From NCBI GenBank assembly GCA_949068525.1, contig CARTIQ010000005.1, positions 292-64,291 of the forward strand: DNA of 64,000 nucleotides, written 5' to 3'. A program made the position numbers and the translations under genes. Below the pieces are notes generated by a model. It saw nothing but the letters and a program-made list of their open reading frames with translations. It did no database searches and was not told the origin of the DNA. Below are positions 54,259 to 64,000 of the stretch, piece by piece. Position 1 is the stretch's first letter. The number at the start of each line of letters is the position of its first letter. The DNA comes from an uncultured Eubacteriales bacterium (GTDB lineage: Bacteria; Bacillota; Clostridia; Oscillospirales; Acutalibacteraceae).

Positions 54259-55962
54259 ATGTTAATGAGCAACTTGTTTGGTGAGCGCTTAAGAGCAAAA
54301 CCAGCTGAGGCTGCGCTAATTAGTCATGTCTACTTGCTGCGAGGTGGCTATATGCGGCCGGTCGGAAGCGGGATATATTCTTTGCTGACGCCTTGTGTGA
54401 GGGTACAGCAAAAAATAGAGAAGATAATCCGTGAAGAGATGGACAAAATAGGTGGACAAGAGGTGCGGTTGCCAGTGGTGGTGCCGGCGGAGCTGTGGAA
54501 GGAGTCTGGCCGGTTTTCTAGCGTTGGCAGCGAGCTTTTAAGGCTAACGGACCGGGCAAATAGAGACATGGTGCTCTCAATGACTCATGAAGAGGCCGCC
54601 GTGCATTTGGCCAAAACTGAAGCAAAATCGTACCTTGACTATCCTTTTATGATATATCAAATTCAAACCAAGTTTCGCGACGAACCCCGGGCTCGCGGAG
54701 GGCTGATCAGGGTTCGGGAATTTACGATGAAGGATGCCTACTCGTTCCACACTTCTTTTGAAGATCTGGATGGGTACTACGATAAAGTCCACAAAGCTTA
54801 TGAACGAGTCTTTGAACGAGTGGGTCTGGACGTGGTTTCAATTTATTCTGACACCGGAATGATGGGAGGCACTGGCGCGCACGAATTTATGCTGCTTTCC
54901 GAAGCAGGGGAGGACTCGATAATTATCTGCGACAAATGCAGCTATAAGGCGAATATGGAGGTTGCAACTTGCCGAGAAGAGGAACATAGCGCCAATGCTA
55001 CGGAGGAAGCTAATGAAATTGTACATACGCCGGATGTTGAGTCCATTGAGGGTTTAGCAAAATTTTTGAACATAAATGAAAACCGCACAGTAAAGGCAGT
55101 TGTATATTATGCGGATGATTTGAAATTACCTGTGATTGTGTTTATTCGCGGAGACTTACAAGTTAACGAAGCCAAGCTGCGAAATTTAATTAATTCAGAG
55201 GTAAATGAGCTTGCTGATTTGCATAAATATGGTTTGGTGCCTGGATTTATTGGGCCAAGCGACGAAATTTTGAATAATTTTAAAGTTGTGATTGATAGCT
55301 CATTGAGAGACCGAGTGAATATGGTGGTTGGCGCCAACAAGTCGGGTTATCACATTAAGGGTTTTAGCTTTTTTAGAGATTTAACTAAGAATGTAGAGTT
55401 TAACGACGTTGCCAAGGTTAAGGAAGGCCAACTTTGTCCAGTTTGTGGGGCTCCCTTGAGGATAAAACGCGGCATAGAGATGGGAAACATTTTTAAGCTT
55501 GGTTCAAAGTATACAAAGAGCATGAGTATGCGATATACGGATAAAGACGGCACCCAAAAAACTCCGCTTATGGGTTGCTATGGCATTGGAATAGGTCGGC
55601 TTATTGCTGGGATTATTGAAGCTTCACATGATGACTATGGCCCGATTTGGCCAAAAAACATTGCTCCGTGGCAAGTTTACATATGTGCGATTAACCTGAG
55701 TGAAAGTCTCGTTAAAGAAAAAGCCTATGAACTATATGAAAGTTTAAAGTGCAAGTTCGAGGTTTTGTTTGACGATAGGAACATATCGGCTGGAGCGCAG
55801 TTTGCTGATGCAGATTTATTAGGGAGTCCGCTTAGGATTATTATCAGCAAACGCAATTTAGAAAAAGATCAAGTGGAGGTGGTTATTAGAAACGATAGAA
55901 AATCTGAGTACGTAAATTGTAAAGAGATATGCAAATTTATAGAGGACTTTTATAAAGATTAA
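54259..55962 (+). CDS. proS: proline--tRNA ligase (bacterial type with editing insertion)
   Basis: Motifs …H..L.R.GY.R…GIY..LP.G..V..KIE.I.REEM, FRDE.R.R.GL.R.REF.MKD.YSFH and GCYGIG..R are present. Confidence 0.95.
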   Translation: MLMSNLFGERLRAKPAEAALISHVYLLRGGYMRPVGSGIYSLLTPCVRVQQKIEKIIREEMDKIGGQEVRLPVVVPAELWKESGRFSSVGSELLRLTDRANRDMVLSMTHEEAAVHLAKTEAKSYLDYPFMIYQIQTKFRDEPRARGGLIRVREFTMKDAYSFHTSFEDLDGYYDKVHKAYERVFERVGLDVVSIYSDTGMMGGTGAHEFMLLSEAGEDSIIICDKCSYKANMEVATCREEEHSANATEEANEIVHTPDVESIEGLAKFLNINENRTVKAVVYYADDLKLPVIVFIRGDLQVNEAKLRNLINSEVNELADLHKYGLVPGFIGPSDEILNNFKVVIDSSLRDRVNMVVGANKSGYHIKGFSFFRDLTKNVEFNDVAKVKEGQLCPVCGAPLRIKRGIEMGNIFKLGSKYTKSMSMRYTDKDGTQKTPLMGCYGIGIGRLIAGIIEASHDDYGPIWPKNIAPWQVYICAINLSESLVKEKAYELYESLKCKFEVLFDDRNISAGAQFADADLLGSPLRIIISKRNLEKDQVEVVIRNDRKSEYVNCKEICKFIEDFYKD

Positions 55963-55978
55963 ATTTTTATTGTAGAGG

Positions 55979-57697
55979 ATGTTAATTTTGAATACTATAA
56001 AAAAAGTTATATCTTTGGGATTATCGTTTGCTATGCTGGCTACTGTCATGCTGCAACCAAGTGCAACAGCAGTGGCAGAAGGAGAAAATCAGTTACATGA
56101 AGCAAAGGCTGCTTATGTAAACGATATTTTAGAAAGCGTTGGAGCTTTGGAACCACAGGATTTACAATCGTTTTATGAGGTATTAAAATCGGATGAGAGC
56201 ATAAAGTCCAAAGTAATAGAAAATATGGATGAGCCGACTGCAAATAGTATTTATGATAAGATTGCAGAAGCTGTTGCATTAGATGAAAAATACAAAGGTT
56301 TAGCTGTGTTGAGCAAAGAACTTTTAAATAATAGCGACTTGAAGATTGAAACTAAGTTTATGACAAGGAACGACTGCTTTAGGTCAGGCAGAGTTATGAA
56401 TCCTGTAAAAGGGATAATGATACATTCTACAGCGTGCCCTGGGATAATGCCCAAAACTTGGTACGAAGCATGGAATAAGTCGTACCAAAAAGGTGAGATA
56501 GCTCGCGAAGTTTGCGTACATGTCTTTTTGAACGACGAAGGAGTCGGTCAGTTTTTACCGTGGAATCATAGAGGATGGCATTGTGGTGGGGCTGGAAATA
56601 ACTATTTTATAAGCATAGAAATTTGCGAGCCAGAGGGAATTGTTTATAATCCAGAAAAAGATAAAATTCTTGAAGTTGATGTTGAGGCAACAAAAGAGTA
56701 CTTTGAAAAAGCTTATAATAACGCGGTTAAGCTGTGTGTATTGCTTTGCAAGCAGTTTGGTTTGACGGAAAAAGATATAATCTCCCATTGTGAAGGTAAT
56801 AAATTGGGAATAGCAAGTAACCATGGAGACCCGGAACACTGGTTTAAGTTTTATGGCAAAGACATGTACACATTTAGGGAAGATGTCAAAAAGCAGCTTG
56901 GCAACAACGATTCTTATGCCACCCCTGTGTCTGGCTTGCCAACTATTAAAAATCTGCTGATCACCTCGCTTTTTCCAGTAGGAAGGACTCTGTACGTATG
57001 GGGTGGAGGCTGGAATGAAGAAGACTCTGGTGCGGGTGATGGCGCGATCTGCATCGGACTTAGGCCGGAATGGAGAGCCTTTTGTGATATACAGGGCGCT
57101 GATTATGACTTTAAAAATCATAGATATGAAATTCTTAACGGCTTGGATTGCTCTGGCTTCATCGGTTGGCTCATTTATAACGTCTTTAACACAGAGCCCA
57201 ATAATCAGGGTTATGTGATGCCATCTAGCAAGATGGCTGTGGAGTTTTCGAACCGTGGCTTTGGCACATTTAAGGATAAAGAGAATGTTGTGGACCACAA
57301 GGTTGGCGATATCATGAGCGGCCCAGGGCACGTGTATATGTGCATTTGCAAATTTGCGGATGGCAGCGTGCTTTTTGTACATAGCTCGCCACCCGGAGTG
57401 CAGGTTAACGGCACTCCGACGAAAGAAGGCAACGAAGACAGCATAGCAATAAGAGTGGCAACTTACATAATGCAAAAATTTTACCCGGATTGGTCGCAAA
57501 AATTTAATACTTTTAGCAGAAGTGTTACCTATTTAACGGATTTTTCGCAGATGCGTTGGACGACGGACGGCACAGGCAAGCTAACTGATCCGGATGGATA
57601 CTTGAATAAAGAGCCATATGAGCTTTTGGTGGATCTGTTTAGAATAAATGACAAGGCAGATAGAAATGAGCTCTATAGAATAATTTATGGAGAGTAA
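55979..57697 (+). CDS. secreted bifunctional cell-wall hydrolase: Amidase_2 (PGRP-type N-acetylmuramoyl-L-alanine amidase) plus NlpC/P60-like C-terminal domain
   Basis: A signal peptide (…LATVMLQPSATAVA) is present; TTG 55988 is a better-spaced start than ATG 55979. Amidase_2 signatures are GIMIHSTA…, V.VH.F.., GWHCGG.GNN..ISIE.CEP and ISH…. The C-terminal region has GLDCSGFI (Cys) and GHVYMCI (His) in NlpC/P60-like spacing. Confidence 0.8.
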   Translation: MLILNTIKKVISLGLSFAMLATVMLQPSATAVAEGENQLHEAKAAYVNDILESVGALEPQDLQSFYEVLKSDESIKSKVIENMDEPTANSIYDKIAEAVALDEKYKGLAVLSKELLNNSDLKIETKFMTRNDCFRSGRVMNPVKGIMIHSTACPGIMPKTWYEAWNKSYQKGEIAREVCVHVFLNDEGVGQFLPWNHRGWHCGGAGNNYFISIEICEPEGIVYNPEKDKILEVDVEATKEYFEKAYNNAVKLCVLLCKQFGLTEKDIISHCEGNKLGIASNHGDPEHWFKFYGKDMYTFREDVKKQLGNNDSYATPVSGLPTIKNLLITSLFPVGRTLYVWGGGWNEEDSGAGDGAICIGLRPEWRAFCDIQGADYDFKNHRYEILNGLDCSGFIGWLIYNVFNTEPNNQGYVMPSSKMAVEFSNRGFGTFKDKENVVDHKVGDIMSGPGHVYMCICKFADGSVLFVHSSPPGVQVNGTPTKEGNEDSIAIRVATYIMQKFYPDWSQKFNTFSRSVTYLTDFSQMRWTTDGTGKLTDPDGYLNKEPYELLVDLFRINDKADRNELYRIIYGE

Positions 57698-57756
57698 GTT
57701 TCCATAGGCCCCGACGGAAGGGCAACGACAACAAAATTTGCTTGGAGGTGTAGTGA

Positions 57757-58668
57757 GTGAAAGATGTGATTATAATTGGAGGCGGTCCTGCTGGGTTGAC
57801 AGCGGCTTTGTATGCGGCTAGGGCTGGATTTTCGGTTCTTGTTTTTGAAAAGAACGTTTGTGGAGGGCAGGTTGCGATAACGGACAAAGTTGAAAATTAT
57901 CCAGCTATCTCAAAAATTTCCGGTGCGGACTTCTCACTGAATATTTACAATCAGGTTTTGGATAAGAACGTTGAGATAATGTTTGAAGAAGTGCAGAGTG
58001 TGGATTTTTCGGGAAAAATAAAAAAAGTAATCACATCTTCTGGCGAGCATAGCGCGAGAAGTATTATAATTGCGAATGGCGTAAAGCGCAGGAAGCTTGG
58101 ATGTAAGGGCGAAGCTGAGTTTTACGGAAGAGGTGTATCCTATTGTGCCACTTGCGATGGAGCCTTTTTTAGGGGCAAGGATGTTGCTGTTGTTGGGGCT
58201 GGAAATACTGCGTTTGAGGATGCCTTGTTTTTGGCAAATATATGCAAAAGAGTAACAGTTTTGATTCGAAGGGATAAAGCCCGCGCAGAAAAGGCTCTGC
58301 TTGACGCTGCAATAGTTAAAAGCAATATTAACTTGTGCTATAGCACAGTGGTTAGACAAATTGGCGGGAATGATAGCGGATCGGTTTCTTTTATTGATGT
58401 TTTCGATAAATCTGTAAATAAAGAGGCAACTTTAGAGATCTCGGCAGTCTTTATTGCGATTGGGTTAGCGCCGGATAACGGTATGTTTGCTGATTTTGTG
58501 GACCTTGACAAGGCTGGATACATTTTGGCAGATGAGAGCTGTAACACTAGTACTAGTGGGGTTTTTGTGGCTGGAGACACAAGGAAAAAGCATTTGCGGC
58601 AGATAGTTACAGCGGCGTCAGATGGCGCAATCGCGGCGGATAATGTCTCTCGCTACTTAAATTCTTAA
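57757..58668 (+). CDS. trxB: thioredoxin-disulfide reductase
   Basis: Motifs DVIIIGGGPAGLTAA.YA.RA, the redox CATCDG, VVGAGN.A.E.AL.L and GVFVAGD are present. Confidence 0.93.
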   Translation: MKDVIIIGGGPAGLTAALYAARAGFSVLVFEKNVCGGQVAITDKVENYPAISKISGADFSLNIYNQVLDKNVEIMFEEVQSVDFSGKIKKVITSSGEHSARSIIIANGVKRRKLGCKGEAEFYGRGVSYCATCDGAFFRGKDVAVVGAGNTAFEDALFLANICKRVTVLIRRDKARAEKALLDAAIVKSNINLCYSTVVRQIGGNDSGSVSFIDVFDKSVNKEATLEISAVFIAIGLAPDNGMFADFVDLDKAGYILADESCNTSTSGVFVAGDTRKKHLRQIVTAASDGAIAADNVSRYLNS

Positions 58669-58678
58669 GTTTTTGAAT

Positions 58679-59638
58679 TCAGAATTTATAAAAATCGTCA
58701 ACAAACCAAACGTCCGAAACGCTGAACTCTTTGCCGTTTAGATAGGACAGAAAAATTCCGGTTGTAGTAGAAAAATCGAATTTTAATTTGTATGAATAAA
58801 GGGCTTGCCTAGTATAGCCCTTTTCTTTGTTTGTTTGCGAGTTACCGTATTTTATGTCGCCCAAGAGGGGGTGACCTTTAAAAGCTAGGTGTGCCCTTAT
58901 TTGATGTGTTCTGCCGGTTAAGAGCTCCACTTCTAGCAAGCTAAATTCGTCGCGTTCAGCTATTACGCTATACTTGGTTTTTATTATTTTTGTACTTTCT
59001 CTTGGTGCGTTATAAAGGCGGACTTTATTATGTTTTTCATCTTTTTCTAGATATGCCGTCAGAGTATCTTCTTTTTTCTCAAACTTTCCGCAGGCTATAC
59101 ACAGGTAAAACTTCCTCAATTCTCGCTGTTTCATTTTTTGATTTAAAATTCGTAAGGTTTCAGCATTCTTGGCGGCAATCAATATACCACCGGTGTTTCT
59201 ATCTATGCGATTAACCAGAGCGGGCACAAATGAATTTTCGCTTTGAGGGCTGTACTCACCTTTTTTGTATAGATAATGCTGCAACCTGGCTACTAGAGAA
59301 TCAAAATGATAATTCTTATCTGGATGAACGATTAACCCGGGTTTTTTGTTTATTAGCAAAATATTTTCATCTTCGTAAATGACGTCCAGCTTGCTAGGTG
59401 CATGCAAAAACTCTTCTTTTGAATATTTTTCTTCCAAAAATTCATCCCTTATGTATATTACAAGGGTATCGCCAATCTCCAGCTTTGAGTTTGGCTGACA
59501 ACGCTTTGAATTTATCTTTATGTCTTTTTTTCGGATAGCTTTGTAAATCAAAGACGACGGTAAGTTTTTGAAGGTCTTTAACAGGAATTTATCTACTCGC
59601 TGCCCGGCATCATTTTTATTTATAATGATTTCTTTCAT
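58679..59638 (-). CDS. RluA-family pseudouridine synthase (RluC/RluD-like, S4 domain)
   Basis: Motifs R.DKFL, L.INKP.G..VHP, NRIDRNTGGIL..AK and GRTHQIRAHL…GHP..GD.KYG are present. Confidence 0.88.
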   Translation of the reverse strand: MKEIIINKNDAGQRVDKFLLKTFKNLPSSLIYKAIRKKDIKINSKRCQPNSKLEIGDTLVIYIRDEFLEEKYSKEEFLHAPSKLDVIYEDENILLINKKPGLIVHPDKNYHFDSLVARLQHYLYKKGEYSPQSENSFVPALVNRIDRNTGGILIAAKNAETLRILNQKMKQRELRKFYLCIACGKFEKKEDTLTAYLEKDEKHNKVRLYNAPRESTKIIKTKYSVIAERDEFSLLEVELLTGRTHQIRAHLAFKGHPLLGDIKYGNSQTNKEKGYTRQALYSYKLKFDFSTTTGIFLSYLNGKEFSVSDVWFVDDFYKF

Positions 59639-59796
59639 CGAAGTTTGGTGCTCCTAATCGTAGCTAAAGTTTTATTATTATACCATGTTTTTGGCATTTT
59701 ATATACTTTTCATTTTGAGGGATTTATTGTATAATAAACACAATTTTAGAAAAAATATGCAAGCCCTGTTTTGGCGTAAGATTGGAGGTGCTTTGA

Positions 59797-60474
59797 TTGC
59801 ACAGTGGGCACAGAGAGCGCATCAAGAAGAAGTTTATAAAGTATGGCGCGGATGCGTTGGAACCGCACGAACTTTTGGAGATGCTCTTATTTTATGGTAT
59901 TCCGCGAAAAGACACAAACGAACTGGCTCATAGGCTTATTGATAATTTTGGCTCTTTGCCACAGGTTTTTGATGCACCAATGAGTAGCCTTTTAAAGATA
60001 AATGGAATTGGTGAGTCTTGTGCAATTTTGATTAAGCTGATTTCTAAGCTGAGCAGAGTATATACTGAGAAAAATTACAAAATAAATAATAAAAGGCTAA
60101 CAAAAGCGCAAATAGAGCAGATGATTTTGAATAAGTTTATAGGCAGAATCAAAGAGCATGTGGTTTTAGCGTTGTTTGACGCTAAGAGAAACCTAGTGTT
60201 TTGCGACGTGATTGCTCAGGGTTCATTTGGCGAGACAAATTTTCACATTAGGGACCTTATCGAGCTTGCCCTCAAGTTTAGCGCCACGAAAGCAATCATC
60301 GCACATAACCACCCCAGCGGAATAGCCCTGCCTTCTCGCGAGGACATCGAGACGACTATTGAAATACAAAATGCGCTGAAGTTAGTGGACGTACGGCTTG
60401 TGGACCATATAATTGTGGCGGACGACGATTATGTCTCTATTGCGGACAGCGAGTTTGGGAAGCAAATATTGTAG
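59797..60474 (+). CDS. radC: RadC-family JAB/MPN-domain protein
   Basis: The TTG start lies 8 nt after GGAGG. Motifs HR.R…F……L..HELLE.LL.Y..PR.DTN.LA..L…FGSL and the JAMM motif A….HNHPSG…PS.ED are present. Confidence 0.9.
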   Translation: MHSGHRERIKKKFIKYGADALEPHELLEMLLFYGIPRKDTNELAHRLIDNFGSLPQVFDAPMSSLLKINGIGESCAILIKLISKLSRVYTEKNYKINNKRLTKAQIEQMILNKFIGRIKEHVVLALFDAKRNLVFCDVIAQGSFGETNFHIRDLIELALKFSATKAIIAHNHPSGIALPSREDIETTIEIQNALKLVDVRLVDHIIVADDDYVSIADSEFGKQIL

Positions 60475-60490
60475 CAAAGTGTGATGCAGA

Positions 60491-62449
60491 ATGAAATTCA
60501 AGTTAAAATCGGACTATAAACCAACCGGAGATCAACCCGAAGCAATTGAGACGCTGGTTAAGGGCATTAACGGTGGCTATAAAGAGCAGACCTTGTTGGG
60601 TGTTACGGGCTCGGGGAAGACGTTTACCATGGCAAATGTTATTGCTAAATTGAACCGGCCCACATTGGTTTTGGCGCACAATAAGACGTTGGCAGCGCAG
60701 CTTTGCTCGGAGTTTAGGGAGTTTTTTCCGTATAACGCTGTGGAATATTTTGTGTCGTATTACGATTATTACCAGCCGGAAGCCTATGTGGCCACCACAG
60801 ACACCTATATAGAGAAGGACTCTTCGATTAATGACGAGATAGACAAACTGCGGCACTCTGCGACTTCTGCGCTATCGGAGCGAAGAGATGTTATAATCGT
60901 TGCGAGTGTGTCGTGCATTTATAGCCTTGGAAATCCTATTGATTACCGCACTATGGTGATTTCATTACGACCGGGGATGAATAAAAGTCGGAATGAAATT
61001 TTGAAAAAGCTCGTAGAGCTGCAGTATGAGCGCAATGATGTAAATTTGACTAGAAATAAATTTAGAGTTCGCGGGGATGTTTTGGAAATTTTCCCAGCAG
61101 TTTCAAGCGATACCGTATTCCGGGTAGAATTTTTTGGTGATGAAATTGACAGGATAAGCGAAGTAAGCCCGATAACTGGAGAGGTAAAGGCGATTATCAA
61201 ACATGTGGCAATATACCCGGCCTCACACTATATCGTGCCAAAGGATAAGCTGTATCAGGCTGTTTTGGATATTGAAAAAGAACTTACCCAGCGGATTGAC
61301 TTCTTTCGCGATAATGAAAAATTATTGGAAGCGCAGCGGATAGAGCAGCGGACACGATATGATATTGAGATGCTAGAGGAGATCGGATTTTGCAAGGGAA
61401 TAGAGAATTATTCTCGGGTTTTGTCTGGTGGAGCACCGGGAGAAGCGCCGTTTACGCTGTTGGACTATTTTCCTGAGGATTTTTTGCTTTTTGTGGATGA
61501 GTCGCACGTTACGCTGCCGCAGGTGCGAGGGATGTACGCTGGGGACCGGGCTCGCAAGCAAAACTTGATTGATTATGGCTTTAGATTGCCTTCTGCTTAC
61601 GATAATCGGCCACTAACTTTCGCTGAATTCTATAAAAAAGTCAATCAAATTGTATTTGTTAGTGCAACACCGGGGGATTTTGAAAGAGAAAAAAGCAGCC
61701 AGGTCGTGGAGCAGGTGATTAGGCCCACCGGCCTTGTGGATCCTGAGGTAATTGTTAAGCCGGTTGACGGCCAGATTGACAACCTCATTGCGGAAATAAA
61801 CAAGCGGATAGAGCAGAAAAACAGAGTGTTGGTAACCACCTTGACCAAGAAAATGGCCGAGAATTTGACGTCTTATTTGCAGGAGGTCGGAATAAAGGTG
61901 CGCTACATGCATTTCGGGATCGACACAGTCGAACGCATGGGGATAGTGCGAGATTTTAGACTGGGGGAATTCGATGTGCTGGTTGGAATCAACTTGCTTC
62001 GAGAAGGGCTGGACATCCCGGAAGTCTCACTGGTTGCGATTTTAGATGCGGACAAAGAGGGATTTTTGCGGTCGGAACGGTCGTTAATACAGACTATAGG
62101 TCGTGCCGCCAGAAACGCAAATGGACAAGTCATCATGTACGCGGACTCGGTTACCCCATCGATGGAGAACGCCATCAAAGAGACCGAACGCCGGCGAAAA
62201 ATACAGCTTGAGTACAACGCGAAACACGGAATTGTGCCAAAGACTATTGTAAAGAAGGTTGCGGAAGTTTTGGAGATTTCTTCTCACGAGACGACCGACG
62301 AAAAAGTAAAGAAAAAATTGAGCAAAAAGCAGAAGGATGTGCTGATTTTGGAGCTGGAACGAGAAATGAAGGCAGCAGCAAAGCTGTTGGAGTTTGAGCA
62401 CGCGGCTTTTTTACGAGATAAAATCGAAGAACTACGCAAATCAAAATAA
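60491..62449 (+). CDS. uvrB: excinuclease ABC subunit B
   Basis: Motifs [41 protein letters not shown] and the C-terminal UVR domain (…FE.AA.LRD.I..L) are present. Confidence 0.97.
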   Translation: MKFKLKSDYKPTGDQPEAIETLVKGINGGYKEQTLLGVTGSGKTFTMANVIAKLNRPTLVLAHNKTLAAQLCSEFREFFPYNAVEYFVSYYDYYQPEAYVATTDTYIEKDSSINDEIDKLRHSATSALSERRDVIIVASVSCIYSLGNPIDYRTMVISLRPGMNKSRNEILKKLVELQYERNDVNLTRNKFRVRGDVLEIFPAVSSDTVFRVEFFGDEIDRISEVSPITGEVKAIIKHVAIYPASHYIVPKDKLYQAVLDIEKELTQRIDFFRDNEKLLEAQRIEQRTRYDIEMLEEIGFCKGIENYSRVLSGGAPGEAPFTLLDYFPEDFLLFVDESHVTLPQVRGMYAGDRARKQNLIDYGFRLPSAYDNRPLTFAEFYKKVNQIVFVSATPGDFEREKSSQVVEQVIRPTGLVDPEVIVKPVDGQIDNLIAEINKRIEQKNRVLVTTLTKKMAENLTSYLQEVGIKVRYMHFGIDTVERMGIVRDFRLGEFDVLVGINLLREGLDIPEVSLVAILDADKEGFLRSERSLIQTIGRAARNANGQVIMYADSVTPSMENAIKETERRRKIQLEYNAKHGIVPKTIVKKVAEVLEISSHETTDEKVKKKLSKKQKDVLILELEREMKAAAKLLEFEHAAFLRDKIEELRKSK

Positions 62450-62496
62450 ATTAAAACGCATGAGAAGCTTAGAATAACCTAGGGGGAGACTTTTTA

Positions 62497-64000
62497 TTGA
62501 ATAATAACATTGTTGTGAAGGGCGCCAGAGAGCATAATCTTAAAAATATCGATGTGACGATTCCGCGGGACAAGCTGGTTGTAATCACAGGGCTGTCAGG
62601 CTCGGGCAAATCTTCGCTCGCTTTTGACACAATTTATGCAGAGGGTCAGCGCAGATATGTGGAATCGCTATCGTCGTACGCGCGGCAGTTTTTGGGGCAG
62701 ATGGAAAAGCCTGCAGTGGAGAGCATTGAAGGCCTTTCGCCAGCTGTTTCTATTGACCAAAAGACTACATCGAAGAACCCAAGGTCTACGGTTGGCACGG
62801 TTACTGAAATTTACGATTATTTGCGGCTTTTGTACGCCCGGATAGGTGTGCCGCACTGTCCAATCTGCGGAAAGGAGATCAAGCAGCAGACCGTTGACCA
62901 GATTGTTGACCGAATAATGGCCTTTGAGAAAGGCACGAAGCTGCAGATTTTGTCGCCGATAGTCCGTGGACGAAAGGGAGAGCACGTAAAGGAGCTCGAA
63001 GATGTGCGCAAAAGCGGATACGTGAGGGTGCGTGTAGATGGGATTATTTATGATTTGTCGGAGGAAATAAAGCTTGAAAAAAACAAGAAACACACCATCG
63101 AAGTTGTTGTTGACAGGCTTGTTATAAAGGAAGATGTTCGCTCTAGGCTCTCGGATTCCATTGAGACTGCTAGTGAGCTCTCTAATGGACTCGTAATTGC
63201 CGATATTGTTGAGGGAGAAGATCTTCTGTTTTCCCAAAATTATGCATGCCCAGAGCATGGCACAAGCATAGAAGAGCTGAGTCCAAGGATGTTTTCGTTT
63301 AATAACCCTCACAGTGCGTGCAAAAAGTGCATGGGACTGGGAATTTTTATGCGCATTGACCCGGAAATTATTTTGCCAGATAAGAATTTATCGATAAACC
63401 AAGGTGCAATCAAGGCTTATGGCTGGTCTTCGGGAAGTGACTCAAGCATTGCTAGGATGTATTATGAGGCTTTGGCCAAAAAATACGACTTTTCGCTGGA
63501 TACGCCGATTAAGGATTTGCCACAAGAGATAATTGATACCCTCTTATATGGCACCAATGGCGATAAAATAAGTATTGTTAGGGAAAGCGATAAGGCTAAA
63601 TTCTCGTATAATGCGACGTTTGAGGGGGTCATAAACAATTTGGAACGCAGATACCGTGAATCTAGCAGTAGCTTTGCCAAGGAAGACATTGAGTCTTACA
63701 TGAGTGCAATCCCTTGTGACGCCTGCCACGGAGAGAGATTGTCCCCAGAGAGCCTGGCTGTAACAGTGGGTGGTATTAATATAAGTAAGCTTTGTCGAAA
63801 ATCGATCGTAAAGACTTTAGAGTTTATAGACAACCTTGAACTGAACGAAAAAGAGCAAATGATTGCAATAGAAATAATAAAGGAAATCAAGGAGAGACTG
63901 GGATTTTTAAAGAGTGTGGGGCTTGAGTACCTTACTTTGGCAAGAGAATCGGGAACACTTTCGGGGGGTGAAAGCCAGCGGATCCGCCTGGCAACGCAAA
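62497..64000 (+). CDS. uvrA: excinuclease ABC subunit A (5' part; continues past the window end)
   Basis: This ORF is not in the supplied track because it has no stop within the window. TTG 62497 lies 8 nt after GGGGGAG. The translation reads [71 protein letters not shown]…, with the zinc finger CP.CG and …[13 protein letters not shown] at the end. Confidence 0.95.
   Translation, partial: MNNNIVVKGAREHNLKNIDVTIPRDKLVVITGLSGSGKSSLAFDTIYAEGQRRYVESLSSYARQFLGQMEKPAVESIEGLSPAVSIDQKTTSKNPRSTVGTVTEIYDYLRLLYARIGVPHCPICGKEIKQQTVDQIVDRIMAFEKGTKLQILSPIVRGRKGEHVKELEDVRKSGYVRVRVDGIIYDLSEEIKLEKNKKHTIEVVVDRLVIKEDVRSRLSDSIETASELSNGLVIADIVEGEDLLFSQNYACPEHGTSIEELSPRMFSFNNPHSACKKCMGLGIFMRIDPEIILPDKNLSINQGAIKAYGWSSGSDSSIARMYYEALAKKYDFSLDTPIKDLPQEIIDTLLYGTNGDKISIVRESDKAKFSYNATFEGVINNLERRYRESSSSFAKEDIESYMSAIPCDACHGERLSPESLAVTVGGINISKLCRKSIVKTLEFIDNLELNEKEQMIAIEIIKEIKERLGFLKSVGLEYLTLARESGTLSGGESQRIRLATQ

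Noticed and set aside
56555-57499. A 314-aa ORF on the minus strand.
   Set aside because: It is antisense to the well-supported amidase/NlpC-P60 gene. It has no recognisable motifs and a Cys/His/Arg/Phe-rich shadow composition.
62668-63312. A 214-aa ORF on the minus strand.
   Set aside because: It is antisense to uvrA. The uvrA ORF is absent from the supplied track only because it has no stop codon inside the window. The + strand translation from TTG 62497 is an unmistakable UvrA.

Overview
This is a 64-kb chromosomal segment from a low-GC, endospore-forming Firmicute with Clostridia-like gene content and order. I count roughly 60 protein genes. I found no rRNA or tRNA genes, no CRISPR array, and no recognisable transposase, integrase or phage genes. 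The backbone is sporulation/germination and housekeeping genes: spoIVB-spo0A, a DUF421/DUF4363 pair, a gerA-type germinant-receptor operon, hprK, murB, rapZ-whiA, cwlD, spoIIE, a class-B PBP, mgsA, hisS, sigG, a split transketolase, tepA-spoIIIE/ftsK, a ComEC-like MBL hydrolase plus DUF3006, an HD protein, rpmF-der-plsY, rpmB, an M50 protease, scpA-scpB, ytfI/ytfJ-like genes, dacB, rluB, a dTDP-L-rhamnose (rfbABCD) operon with three GT2 glycosyltransferases, proS, a bifunctional amidase/NlpC-P60 wall hydrolase, trxB, an RluA-family synthase, radC, uvrB and partial uvrA. Five things stand out. (1) A 7.6-kb gene (3477-11087, minus strand) encodes a 2,536-aa repeat-rich, multi-TM, BspA-type LRR protein. 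Its N-terminus looks like a Nif11-type double-glycine (GG) leader rather than a Sec signal. (2) A second, 76-aa Nif11/GG-leader peptide sits as an orphan between rpmB and plsY, and no C39-peptidase exporter or modification enzyme lies in the window. (3) Four tandem paralogous genes (37992-40049) share a signal peptide. Three encode small, extremely acidic secreted proteins. The fourth is broken by two +1 frameshifts, one of them in an A7 tract. (4) There are two structured leaders: a candidate yjdF-type riboswitch in front of a DUF2992 gene, and an attenuator-like leader with uORFs in front of an ABC-F gene. (5) A GNAT gene is frameshifted. All functional calls come from reading the translated ORFs against remembered families and motifs; no database search was run.
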